Below, in pieces: positions 27,261 through 40,457 of a stretch of DNA of 64,000 nt (its first letter is position 1; each line of letters begins with the position of its first letter). This DNA comes from Octopus sinensis (Eukaryota). The stretch spans positions 105,710,001 to 105,774,000 of the forward strand of contig NC_042998.1 in assembly GCF_006345805.1 (NCBI RefSeq), read 5' to 3'. The position numbers and the translations under genes were made by a program. The notes below the pieces were generated by a model. The model worked only from the letters and a program-made list of their open reading frames with translations. It had not been told where the DNA came from and searched no databases.

Positions 27261-29222
27261 ACTCAGCTTTAATAAATTAAGCCTCTTACAAATATATGCA
27301 TAGAGCAGCAATCTTCAACAGCAGTTTACTAGAACAATTGAATGTTAATATATGTGTATGCACACCCACACACATTTATATATAAAGTGTACATTATGCA
27401 TGCATATAAAATAAAATCATTTAAAAGATTCTGCTCAAATAATTATGCCCCAATTAGGTACATTCAAATAGTAAGCAGTGTGAAATGTAGTCACTAGTTC
27501 AATAACTTTGATGAAATATGAATGAATAAATTAATATGAATTTACAATGCAAAAACCAAAAATGTGTTCACATAATTATGTAGTAATCAAACTCATAAGA
27601 TCTCATACAAAATATATTTAAGTATGTAGTATTTTTATGAATAATAATAATCTGTATAATTTATAACTAACACCATTAATGATCAAAGAAATTTAAAATA
27701 AAAAGTGAAAAAAATCTCATAATAAAGTTTTGAAATACTATTCAGGTCCATAAAATTTATATTAATAATAATGATGATTATAATAATGGTACTGATTAAC
27801 AATAAAGATATGCAATAAATTTAATGATATTTGTGATAAAAATAGTATGATTGATAATATAAAAATAACATAGTAGAGGTGTTATTAAATAAGAAAATCT
27901 CAATGTAAGATAAAAAGGACCTGCAAAAACTTAAATAAACATTGATTGACCTAAGCGATAGCTAAAAGTATTAAGGAAAGGTAAAAGATGAAAGTGCCAG
28001 ATAGAGAAAATATATAGTGCAATTTTCACAAGGAATTAAATAATTATACAATTAGTAGATGCATTTTCAAATAAATAGATGCACTTGTAAAGAAATATAT
28101 AAGTACTAAGTTGAGGGAAAAGTTTGTGAATCGTGTTAAAATGATGAACTGAATGAACATATACACCACAAAAATATATAAAAAAGCATTATTTTAACAC
28201 AGCACACAAACTTTTTCCTCAACCTAATATTTAGGATTAGAGTAAGTACTGCAAAACTTTTACAAATACAGAATGCACAGCCAATAAAAACAAAATTTAA
28301 AGATAGCATGTCAGGTGAAAATATATATAGAAAATTATATATTACATTCATCAATAAATGAATATATGTGTAAAGTGTTTAATAGATAAGTTTAGTCAGA
28401 GTCTATTGCTCAGCATGTAAAAATCACTGCAGTTACCTGTTGAGGATATGAGAAAGGTTGAGAGTATTTAAAAGTTTTGATAGTTTTTATGGTTACAAAA
28501 AGGTTATACTTACAAAATGCCAGTTAAATAAGATGTTCTTATAGTCTTCAGTTGTATCATGGTTGCAGAGTCTTCAGTTTCTATGGTAAAATTTAGCCAT
28601 ATTTAATATTTTCCAGTTTAAGTCGTATGTGTCCAATCTTCAGTTCCCTAAAGTTGAAAACTAGGTTACATTACATTTGATAAAGTTTTTGAAATAATAA
28701 TTATGGTGACTGTAGCAATATTTGAAAGGATTATCAGTACACAGTAAAAGTGGCTGTTTTGCACATTAGATTGATACATTATAGCCTTACAGAAGTAGAT
28801 AAAGTTAAAGGAGAAATAGTATGTTAAAATAATTTCAGCTATTAGAAGAGGATTAATTTGGTTTAATTAGATCACATAAAGCTTGTGTAAAATAAAGGGG
28901 TAGTTGGGGTATGAGATTTTAATGATCCACTAATTGAAAAGACATGTGGTAAAGTGAAAATTGTTTGTTGTTAAAGAAGAAAAAATTAGCTATAGTTGTG
29001 CTATTGCTAAGTTAAACTAGCAAATAATTCTTTTTTTCTATTTCTATGGATATATTCAAAATAAGCAATTTTTTTCTTTAAAACAGCTTCTATATAGAAT
29101 GTTTACATTCTAACCAGAAAATGCATTATGAATTTGTACACTTTTGAGCAGATTAGGAAAATGAAGTGAAACATTTTAAACTAAGTTGTTTACGATATTC
29201 CTAAGAGAGCCAAACTGTTTAA

Positions 29223-31517
29223 CCCCTTACTTGGCAATGACAAGATATCTCCTTTTGCATGTTTGACCTTTTTCAGAATTGGACAAAATATCTCGTCCAA
29301 AAGTTAGTCACTTATAATAGCTGGGACAGAATATCGCATCTAACTCAATTCTTCTACAGAGCTTTTTAGGCATAAATGAGTATGTTTGTCCTAATCATAC
29401 ATCTGGCAGTGCATCATGCCATTCATGCTCTCACTTCAGTCCCATGACTCATGTCTTGCATCATAGCACTTACCAGTCATTCATCATTAGCACACACATA
29501 TGTACATATGTTTGTTTACTCTAAGGACATGCTTTGCATTTTTGCTTTTTATTTTTAAAATGAGCTGCGACAGTAAAATTGATGATGTGGATTTTGCTAA
29601 TCTTGACTCTTCCAATTCTAGTGCAAGTGAATAGGATCTGGAAGTTACTCTCTTAGATGAGGATGATAATGATAATAATGATGATGCCTTGCTTGCTGCT
29701 AGGCAATGGTATTGGCTTCCTGTTGGAGATAATCTTGTGCCTTTTCCTTAACCATTTCCTTTCATTAGAGACCCAGGAATATCAATTGATGGTGATGCAT
29801 TGGAAATGACTCCTCTTGATTTTTTTTTCCCTTTATTTTGATGATGATTTAGCTGACATTGTGTGCAGTGAGACAAATAGATTTGCACAACAAACTTCAC
29901 CTAGAGATAAAAATTGGCACTCTGTTACAGTCAGGTAAATATGTTTATTTTTTGCTGTGAACATGCTTCAAGGTATTATAAAGGCACCAAATTTGGAAAT
30001 GCACTGGTCAAAACATCCACTTCTTGAACAGCCAATTTATGGAACTGTCATGTCTCTGAAGTGGTTTTGTAAGATAAAACAATATCTACATTTCGTTGAT
30101 AATGACTCTTATGATGAAGCAAGTCACTCAAATCATAAGTTGCATAAAATATATGATATATACTTTATGCTCACAAGATAAGTTCTAGAGTTTGTACACT
30201 CTGACACGAGACATTTCTATTGATGAGAATCTCATGTTATACAAAGGCAGATTGGGGTGGGTTCAATATTTACCCTTGAGGAGGAATAGATTTAAAGTTA
30301 AATATTTCATGTAATGTGAATCTGACACTGGCTTTGTGTGGAAATTTATGATTTATTGTGGAAAGGGACCCAAATTGGTAACAAATATCAAGATCTTACT
30401 ATGCCACCACAAATAGTGATGAATCCTGTAGAACCTTTGTTGAGAAAAGGATATCGCCTAACTGTGGACAATTTTTATGCTTATCCAGAAGTACCAGATA
30501 TTTTAGTAGCTAATTAGAAATTTTCTAGGAACAATACATCTCACAAGAGAGGATTTGCCAAAAGCAATCAAGCAAGCAAAGCTGCAAAATGGTGAGATTT
30601 GTGCTTTTCAAAGAGGAAAGGTGATGGCACTAATATCGAAGGATACTAAAAGGTGTTACTATGACCCCTACCATTCATAATCCATCTATGATAGATGTAA
30701 GCATTCCAAGGAAACAGATAATAAAGCCACAAGTGGTTTATGATTACCACTTCCCTATGGGTGGAGTTGACAAACTCGACTAACATTTGGTTGATTACTT
30801 CATACCCCCAAAACGCGAGAAGAGGATGGACTTGGCAATGTGGAATTCATACATACTTTATAAAGATTCATTGACACAAATGAATGGAGCCACAGCAAAA
30901 CCAATGTCTCATGAAATATAGACTTGAGCTTATTGATTCCCTCTTCAAAGAAAATCATATTGATGTCAATGGGCTGGAAGACCATCTTCATCTCACCCTA
31001 CTCAATACTCATCTGGACATTTTCCCATGGATATTCTTCCCACAGAAAAGAAGAAATTTCCCACAAGAAAGTGTGTGCAATGTGTGAAAAATTGGGATGC
31101 CTATAGAAAGCCAGTTCATAAAGAATCCCGTTATATGTGTAAAATTTGCAAAGTTCCATTATGTGTAACTCCATTCCATGTTTTGAAGCATTTCATTCAA
31201 ACTAATCCTGTAATGAAAGAGAAGTACTGCAAGTAAAGAGAGTAATGTTTCTTTGCTTTTATTTTATCTCTTTTTTTTATTCAAAACAGTTTTCCTAATT
31301 TTTTTCAATTTATTTTACTATTTTTTTATAGAAGATAAGATACCTTGTTTTTGCTAATATAACAATGATAACATATAAAATTTACATAAATATATACAAT
31401 GTTTAAATTCTAATACTCTCCTGAGCAACGCCATAAAATATACTATAACATAAGCAAAAAAAGTAATTTGCCTGGTTTTGCATTGTTTTTTTTTTCAAAA
31501 TTCCACTGGGTAAGAGG
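29223..31517 (+). mobile_element. Full-length decayed piggyBac DNA transposon
   Basis: TTAA at 29219-29222 and 31518-31521; termini CCCCTTAC / revcomp CCTCTTAC; transposase relic inside. Confidence 0.9.
29560..31236 (+). pseudogene. piggyBac transposase (PGBD4-like), multiple stops and frameshifts
   Basis: Acidic N-terminus; IVCSETNRFAQQ; LEMHWSK; SIDENLMLYKGRLGWVQYLP; LTVDNFY; MGGVDKLD; C-terminal Cys-rich CVQC...RYMCKICKVPLC. Confidence 0.9.
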
Positions 31518-31667
31518 TTAAATACTTAAGAATTTTAGCAGTAATATCTTAGTAATATCTTAATTTAATTTAAAATGTTGTTGAACACTTATTTGTCTTC
31601 CAGATCTATTTAGACAGTTATACTACACACTATTATATGCAAAAATAGGAAATAAAATATTATATAT

Positions 31668-31787
31668 TACCAGTATAACCCGGCTTTCCCTGGGATTAAG
31701 TTAGAATTATTAAGCTAATCAAGTTATTTATTTCAAACCAAACTAAGTAACATCGACGTCAAATTTGGGCGAAATCTGTTGAAATTG

Positions 31788-31827
<40 letters not shown>

Positions 31828-32195
31828 GCAACACATACACACATGCACATACATACACCTATTGGCATACATGTTTTTTGTACGCATACTTGTTCGTGTG
31901 TGTTGCCCATATATCAATAAAGCACTTTTTTCCTCGATGGGAAAAAACTCAACAAAAGTCTTAACAAAACCTTACTCATTGCTAGAAGGGGATTAACTTC
32001 TGTTTGCAAACAATGGTAATTTCTCTGACTTGAAAATTGTTAAAAGTATTGGTCGAAAATTTTTTTTTACTGCTATTCGCTGGTGCCTCTGTGAAAAATA
32101 AGTCGACGAAAATACAGCTAAGGATCATGACGAATGTCCTCCTAAAATTGGAGTGACATGCGAGCTAATTTGTGGATATGCATAAATTACATTCA

Positions 32196-32247
<52 letters not shown>

Positions 32248-32910
32248 GCCTTTTATATATACAGATGTTTCAATGCAGCCCCAGAGATGTTCTAAACCTT
32301 CCCAGTATGATCTGGTAAAACTTTTCTGTTGTTGTTGGAATAAGCCTTGCATTTTTGTGATAATCTCCCACTAATATAATTTGCAACTTTCTTTTTCAAA
32401 GACCATACATATTTGGTCAGTGTTGTGATGTTCTGTTTCTTGTAGTTCCTGAATGAGGCAGTGTGATTGCTTATGTATTCTTTTTGTAACAAACCTTCCA
32501 TCATTCTAATGTAACATTTCAGACTGTATACTGTTCAGCTCTGGATCTGACTCCTGCTTCGCATGCAATAGCCTCTATGTTGAGTGGGCCTGTAGTATTA
32601 TTCCTAAATGCACAGAAATAATGTGAGTTCTTTGTTGAGCTTATAGAAGGGTTTACATAAATTCATGTCTAAATAAAGCATAAAATCAAAAAGATTGACG
32701 ATGGTTGAATTCGATTTTTATCAGGATACTAAACCCAAGTTATCACCTCTACACTAAATATATTTTCATCAAAAAATTTTGATAATTTTTGTTATTTACA
32801 TTCTTGACATACTTACTTGATACAACTCACTTCTTCCACGGCCATTTTGCAGAAAATGTTTCAGATCTTAATACTCTTAGCGGGCATGCCTGGTAAAACT
32901 ATTAGTTCTG
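31668..32910. mobile_element. Possible Helitron/Helentron-derived (DINE-1-like) relics flanking the GIY-YIG fragment
   Basis: ACCAGTATAACCCGGCTTTCCCTGG at 31670 and an inverted similar terminus (GCGGGCATGCCTGGT...TAGT) near 32900; weak similarity only. Confidence 0.3.
32270..32640 (-). pseudogene. Penelope-like retroelement GIY-YIG endonuclease relic
   Basis: Minus-strand fragments CAFRNNTTGPLN, YIRMMEG, YISNHTASFRNYKKQNITTLTKYVWSLKKK, CKAYSNNNRK resemble PLE endonuclease (CNCR..CPL, YIGxTEG, RYxNHxxSF, LSKYVWxLK); frameshifted. Confidence 0.75.
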
Positions 32911-32976
32911 TTTTGTAACTTGTTTTGTTCATATAGTTATTATATAAAATTAATACACAGACACATGTATATGTAT

Positions 32977-33025
<49 letters not shown>

Positions 33026-33550
33026 TTAGTTATAATAATGAAGTCAAACCAAATAGTGGTATTTTGAAATCATTTAATACATACATTTCAGGTTTGCATA
33101 ATATATAATAGAAAATGCATCCATTACATAAACTTACCTCTGTTAAGTCAATTCAAACATCACTATTTGTTTTGACTTCATTCTTATGACTCAGTACCAA
33201 TACAAACTAGCCAGTATAGCTTCCACTTATGTAGATACTCTAACAACAGTTTGGAGTAGTTTGTTATATTTGACTAAAGTTCGAAATTCTGGTACTATGC
33301 TTGGCTTCTTAGCATAGCACAGATATATATATATAGTTATAATAATGAAGTCAAACCATAACATCCAAGAGATACCATTTCTTTCAAAATGTAACCACGT
33401 ATGTATTGTTGGCGATTATCTTCTTCCGTCTTCCCTTCCTTTAGGCTTTCCCCTATTTCTGAAGAAAAGCAAGGTTCAAAACGTTAAATCCTCTTTCCTT
33501 CCTTTCCTGAGCATCTGATAATACAGTACTTCTACCAAGTCCTTGCATCA

Positions 33551-33586
<36 letters not shown>

Positions 33587-33760
33587 CCACGTCCTTGCAT
33601 TGTTGTTTTTTCTTATTTGTTATTCTTTGTTTGGATTCACTATATATATATATAAATAAATATATATAAAAGGATAAGATCGTTACTTTAAATAGTGATC
33701 AAATCAAGTAGCAGCAAAGCATAGGAAGAAAAACACCTTATAGGTTATAATAATTATTAA

Positions 33761-33957
33761 AATTATAAATAAGGGTATCCAAGAGATACCACCATGCTTC
33801 AAATAGCAGTGAAAACCTGACTCTAAAACCACAACAAGTATTCAATATAGCACATGTTGAAAAGGTACTGTATTGAATACTTGATGTGGTTTTAGAGTCA
33901 GGTTTTGACTGCTATTTCAAGCATGGTGGTATCTCTTGGATACCCTTATTTATAATT
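33761..33957. repeat. Fold-back palindrome
   Basis: AATTATAAATAAGGGTATCCAAGAG...CTCTTGGATACCCTTATTTATAATT. Confidence 0.9.
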
Positions 33958-34061
33958 CGAATAGTTATATATATATATATAATAATAAATATTAGGGAAT
34001 AAATCCAAATTTACAGAGAAAAATCAGATTTAGGATTGAATCCAATTTTATAGCAAAATAT

Positions 34062-34245
34062 TATATAATATTAATTAGAGACAAAACCACTATTTTGCAA
34101 ATCAAACAAAGAAAGACTTAATCCGATACATAAAAAAATTTTATTTTATTTTATTTAATTTATATTAAATTTTTTATGTATTGGATTAAGTCTTTCTTTG
34201 TTTGATTTGCAAAATAGTGGTTTTGTCTCTAATTAATATTATATA
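34062..34245. repeat. Fold-back palindrome
   Basis: AATTAGAGACAAAACCACT...AGTGGTTTTGTCTCTAATT. Confidence 0.9.
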
Positions 34246-34250
34246 TATAT

Positions 34251-34283
<33 letters not shown>

Positions 34284-34320
34284 TTAAAAAAGGAGATGTG
34301 GAACACGAGTTGTGATATAT

Positions 34321-34596
34321 AAAAAAGGAAATGAAAAAAATGCTGACAAAATAATTTAAGTAATTTAAGTAATTTAATTAGATGAAAGTTCTTTTTACCG
34401 GTTGCGCATTTGTTATGCTTATCAAAAGATTAGAGTTCCTTTCTGATAGATTTTTTCCTCTTATCAAAAATCTATCAGAAAGGAACTCTAATCTTTTAAT
34501 AAGCATAACAAATGCGCAACCGGTAAAGAACTTTCACCTAATTAAATTACTTAAATTACTTAAATTATTTTGTCAGCATTTTCTTCATTTCCTTTT

Positions 34597-34598
<2 letters not shown>
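34321..34598. repeat. Fold-back palindrome
   Basis: AAAAAAGGAAATG...ACCGGTTGCGCATTTG...CAAATGCGCAACCGGT...CATTTCCTTTTTT. Confidence 0.9.
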
Positions 34599-34651
<53 letters not shown>

Positions 34652-34730
34652 TATACACACACACACACATATATATACACACATATATATGTGTGTGTGT
34701 ATATATACACACACATATATATATATATAT

Positions 34731-35206
34731 ATACATATTAGAGGGAAACCAATATGTGGACACCCTTATGCTAGAAATAGATCTACTATGGTCTTACCAC
34801 TAAGAAATGTTCTCAAGAAAAATTTAGCAAAACAATCAAAATGTAATTGAGCAAGACAAAAGAAAAGCAATAAAAATATGTATTATTCACATACATGTTT
34901 CACTATCACCATATTACGTAATTTTACTTATGTAAAATGTCCGTAGATCTTCGATGTGACCGTCCAAATGAATATAATTTGCAGGACTCCATACTAGGAC
35001 GTCTGCACGATTAAAATTATGTAATATGGTGATAGTGAAACATGTATGTGAATAATCCATATGTTTACTGCTTTTCTTTTGTCTTGCTCGATTACAGTTT
35101 GGTTGTTTTGCTAAATTTTTCTTGAGAACATTTCTTAGTGGTAAGACCATAGCGGTTCTATTTCTAGCATAAGGGATTCCACACAGTGGTTCCCTCTAAT
35201 ATGTAT
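34731..35206. repeat. Inverted repeat, ~190-bp arms with loop
   Basis: ATATTAGAGGGAAACC... inverted at ...GGTTCCCTCTAATAT. Confidence 0.88.
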
Positions 35207-35339
35207 ATAATACAATTTTATTGAACCTTCAGTTTTTTTATATGCTAGACCACTGATGTGAAATCGATGTTAATTAAATTAATATCTAATTTCTCACCCT
35301 CATTTTAAATTATATATATATATATATATATATACATAT

Positions 35340-35640
35340 CATCATCATCATCGTTTAACGTCCGTTCTCCATGCTAGCATGGGTTGGACGGTTCGACCGG
35401 GGATCTGGGAAGCCAGAAGGCTGCACCAGGCTCCGGTCTTATCTGGCAATGTTTCTACAGCTGGATGCCCTTCCTAACGCCAACCACTCCATGAGTGTAG
35501 TGGGTGCTTTTTACGTGCCACCTGCACTGGTGCCAGGCGAGGCTGGCATCAGCCACGGTCGGATTGGTGCATTTTACGTGCCACCTGCACGGAAGCCAGT
35601 CGAGGCGGCACTGGCTTCGGCCACGATTCAGATGGTGCGT
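35340..35640 (-). mobile_element. SINE-like retroposon family B with (GAT)n tail
   Basis: GTTGGCGTTAGGAAGGGCATCCAG...CCAACCCATGCTAGCATGG..GGACGTTAAACGATGATG. Further copies near 6540, 17365, 17560, 18075, 21640, 38880, 39640, 40380, 41490, 43120, 49160, 62815. Confidence 0.85.
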
Positions 35641-35743
35641 CTGCACGATTAAAATTATGTAATATATATATATATTGGTAAAAATAGTAAGATAAAAAAA
35701 GAAAGAAAGAGACCTCAATATTATGTAAATAGAGGAAATTTAT

Positions 35744-35880
35744 CTGTAGAATAATATGTGACAATTATTCAATAGTCAAGATAAAACTCTGATTTAATAT
35801 ATATGTGGCTTTCCACTTCGGCATCCGAAACTCAGAGTTTTATCTTGACTATTGAATAATTGTCACATATTATTCTACAG
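35744..35880. repeat. Hairpin with ~49-bp arms
   Basis: CTGTAGAATAATATGTGAC...GTCACATATTATTCTACAG. Confidence 0.9.
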
Positions 35881-36165
35881 AATATATATATATAGTGAAT
35901 CCAAACAAATAAGAAAAAGCAACAATGCAAGGGCATGGTATATATATATCACGTGGTACTATAACGTTAGACATGGCCTGGACCAATCTTTGGTCAAAAC
36001 ATATATAAGTTATCTACAATATATATATATATATATATATATTCCAACAATGAGGGCAAAATTAATTAATTATTAATCAATTTCACCAAGTGTTCAGTAT
36101 GCAAAGGGCTTTACTAAGCCCTTTTATATAATATAATATATATTATATATATATATATATATATA

Positions 36166-36270
36166 CAGTAGTACCTCGGTTTTCAAACAACTCTGAACAT
36201 GATTAAATCATGCTTTATCTCCTGTCTTTCTCATATACATTTAATACAGTAGTACCTCAGTTTATGAAAG
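36166..36270 (+). mobile_element. Two truncated pogo/Tigger-like TIR stubs
   Basis: TA-CAGTAGTACCTC(G/A)GTTT at 36166 and 36247. Confidence 0.35.
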
Positions 36271-36297
36271 CCTCTGGTCACAAAGAAATCATGCTTT

Positions 36298-36333
<36 letters not shown>

Positions 36334-37321
36334 TGACATTTATCTTTCATTTGTTTCTGTCATTAGACTGTTGCCATGTTAGGGTACTGCCTTGAAGAAT
36401 TTTTTGCTGAATAAATTGGCCTGTTATTTACTTTTTTCAAGCCTGGTACTTATTCTATCAGTGTCTTTTGCCAAACTGTTAATATATATAATATCATATA
36501 TATATATATATATATATAATATATTATATATATATAATATATATATATATATATCATAATATACATGACATATATATATTAAATATATATAATATATAAC
36601 ACACGCATATATTCCATTTTCAGTCTCTATCATTTGTCATATATATATATATATATAATGTATATATATACATACATACAAATATATATATATATATATA
36701 TTTGCATATATATATGTATGTGTAATATATAAATAAAAAATATATATATATATACTGTGCATGTGTGTACATCTGCATGCAGTTGCACATTTAAATATTG
36801 AAGGAACAACACATTTCATGTGTGCAGAAATTGAAATAAATTTCCATACAAGGCTTTCAGATGTCAAAACTTCAAGAGTTTCATAAACAATGTTCAGTGG
36901 AAGAAAAGTCTTATGATGATGCATATTTAATTTATAAATAGCAAACTTTTGTGTGGTTTTCGTCACAGAAAGGTAATGTAACAGAACAAGCAGAAAGGGC
37001 AGAAACAAGTTAATATATGCACACTCACAACACCTCTCAAATAATAAATGTAAATGAATTAAGATAAAAATTTCTTTATTTTGTCAAGAAGTGACTGAAT
37101 ATTAGATTAGATCTTTTAATACATATAATTCTATATCTTGCCAATATTTGAACTGTAATGCCATGATACTACTCAATATATTGCGAGGGGAATCATCTAA
37201 ATATAGTGGAAACAGCTCAATTGTATGTTCAAATATCTAAATAATTATCTGCATGAGACTCCATACTTTGAGATCTCATGTTGCATGAAAATATCTTCAA
37301 TAGAGTTAGATAACTTATAGT

Positions 37322-38009
37322 CATACATCGTCATCATCATTATCATCTTCATCATCGTTGTCATCCTCATTGTTGTTATCATCACCATTGCCATCATCAT
37401 CATCATTGTCATCATCATCATTGTCATCATCTTCATCCTCCCCATTGTCATTATTGTTGTCATTGTCATCATCGTCATCATTATGATCATCATCGTTGTC
37501 GTCGTCATTGCTATCATCATCATCATCATCATCACTGTCATGATCTTCATCCTCACTATTGTCATTACTGTTTTCATTATCATCCTCATCATCCTCACCA
37601 CTGTCATCATCATCCTTGTCATCATCATTATCATCGTCCTCACCACCATCACAACCATCATCCTCATCATCATAATCATCACTATCACCACCATCATCAT
37701 CTTCATCTTCACCATTGTCATTATTGTTGTCATCATCATCATCATCATCATCATCGTCATCATCATCATCATCATCACCGTCATCATCTTCATTGTCACC
37801 ATTGTCATTAATGTTGTCATTGTCATCATCATTATCATCATTGTCGTCATTATTGCCGTCATCATCATCATCATCATCATCATCATTATCATCATCATCA
37901 TCATCACCACTGTCATCATCATCGTTATTATCATCCTTGTCATCATCATCATCATCATTATCATCATCCTCACCATCATCACAACCACTACCATCATCAC
38001 AACCACTAC

Positions 38010-38044
<35 letters not shown>

Positions 38045-38045
38045 C
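37322..38045 (-). repeat. ~720-bp degenerate (GAT)n microsatellite, expanded tail of a SINE
   Basis: Directly follows a SINE 3' end at 38050-38160 (GGTTGGCATCTGGAAGGAAATCTGG...AGCATGGAAAG). Confidence 0.9.
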
Positions 38046-39239
38046 TGTTTTAGCATCTATTTCTTTCCATGCTTCATCAAGGCAGAATTTTCTATGGCCA
38101 GATTTCCTTCCAGATGCCAACCCTTACCTGTTTTTCATGGAAAGCAATACTTCCCCTGGCTATTGATCAACAATCAGCTGAACATCTTTGTGCAACTGTA
38201 AACAAACTACAGTGTTCAGTATGAACAGTAAGGCTTTTGTTTACAGTCAGGACAAACATGCCAAGATGAAGGGGAATATACACTCTATTATGCATATGCA
38301 AACACATGCACACACATAAACACACACAAACACAAACACACACACAAACACACACACAAACACATACACACAAACACACACACACACACACTCACTCACT
38401 CACTCACTCACACAAACACACACATAAATACAACCAATGATCACAGCATGTAGCCAATATTTAGAATACATGTTTGGTTGTACTTCAAAAGATCCATATG
38501 TGAGGAGCAAATTCATTGATATTCCATATTCCTTTCTGCAGCAGTATTCAAATATTTTGAACACTGATTACAAATGTAAAATAAGTGTGGACATAAATTA
38601 TTCTATGTTTATTCAATACATCTTCAATGCATTTTATTAACCGTAATATCTGTTATATAAGGAAATACCTTCTCTACAAAAGTATCATCAAATCATTAGG
38701 GATTGCATAAGTTATATAAAGAAATATGGTCCCTGTTATGGTATCCGAAAACCATAACAATTTGATGATGCCCTCTGTTTATAAAGAATTTCCTTTTATA
38801 ACCGATATTTTTGTAAATGAAACATGTTCAAGCTATATCATATAACAATCAAAATTTATCTACAAATGAAATGGAAATTGTAGTTGCGAGTCCCGTACCA
38901 GTAGCACGTTAAAAGTACCATCCTAATGGGGCCAATGCCAGTGCTGCCTTGACTGGCTTCCATGCCAGTGGCACGTAAAATGCACCATCCGATCATGGTG
39001 GATGCCAGCTCCTCTGGCTCCTTGTGCCAGTGGCATGTAAAAGCACTCACTACACTCTTGGATTGGTTTGTGTTAGGAAGGGCATCAAGCTGTAGAAACA
39101 CTGCCAGATCAGATTGGGGCCTGGTGCAGCCTCCTGCCTTCCCAGACCCCAGTCGAACTATCCAACCCATGCCAGCATGGAAAACAGACATTAAACGATG
39201 ATGATGAAACTTGCTTTATATATGTGTGTATATGTACTC

Positions 39240-39625
39240 TTGTGGCTGTGTGGTAAGTAGCTTGCTTGCCAACCACATGGTTCGGGTTCAGTCACACTGC
39301 ATGGCACCTTGGGCAAGTGTCTTCTACTATAGCCTCGGGCCGACCAAAGCCTTGTGAGTTGATTTGGCTGACAGAAACTGAAAGAAGCCCGTTGTATATA
39401 TAGGTATGTGTGTGTGTATATGTATGTGTATCTATGTTTGTCCCCCCAACATCGCTTGACAACCGATGCTTGTGTGTTTACGTCCCCGTAACTTAGCAGT
39501 TCGGCAAAAGAGACCGATAGAATAAGTACTAGGCTTATAAAGAATAAGTCCTGGGGTTGATTTGCTGGACTAAAGGCAGTGCTCCAGCATGGCCACAGTG
39601 AAATGACTGAAACAAGTAAAAGAGT
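39240..39625 (+). mobile_element. SINE family A, full length
   Basis: TGGCTGTGTGGTAAG...GGTTCAGTC...GACTGAAACAAGTAAAAGAG. Confidence 0.9.
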
Positions 39626-39946
39626 ATATATATATATTTCATCATCTTCATTATTTAATGTCTGCTTTCCATGCTGGCATGGGTTGGATGGTTTGACTGA
39701 GGACTGGCAAGCCAGATGACTGAACCAGGCTCCAATCTGATTTGGAAGAGTTTCTACAGCTGGATGACCTTCCTAATGCCAACCACTCTGAGAGCGTAGT
39801 GGGGGATTTTATGTGCCACCAGCACAAGGGCCAGTCAGACGGTACTGGAAATGGCCATGCTCAAATGGTGTTTTTACGTGTTACCAGCAACGGAGCCAGT
39901 CAGTGGCCCTGGCAATGATCACGCTCAGATGGTGCTCATATATATA

Positions 39947-40024
<78 letters not shown>

Positions 40025-40030
40025 ATATAT

Positions 40031-40061
<31 letters not shown>

Positions 40062-40064
40062 ATA

Positions 40065-40111
<47 letters not shown>

Positions 40112-40457
40112 AAATATGTATATTGGTTAGCTGAGTTAGCGGTTAAAATAAATGGCTAAGGGATAGAAGTATCCATTTCACTCCTGGTATATTACCTATG
40201 TTTAACCATGGGCATACATATGCAAGTATATTATGCTCATGAAATTTAAGTAAAGACAAGGATTAACATGAGTTTATCAAGAAGCAAAATTTAAAGAAGA
40301 CAGAAAATGGAGAAATATTGATGTAAGTCAATTGTTGTTCATCAATATTTCTTCATTTCCTGTTTTATATATATATATCATCATCATCATCATCATCGTT
40401 TAACGTCTGCTTTCCATGCTAGCATGGGTTGGACGGTTCAACTGGGGTCTGGGAAGC

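Noticed and set aside
37245-38166. 291-aa Met-rich, 227-aa Ile-rich and open Asp-rich (Aspein/Asprich-like) frames
   Set aside because: All arise from a degenerate (GAT)n tract that is the tail of the adjacent SINE end (38050-38160). The Asp frame has a stop just upstream and no start or convincing splice context.
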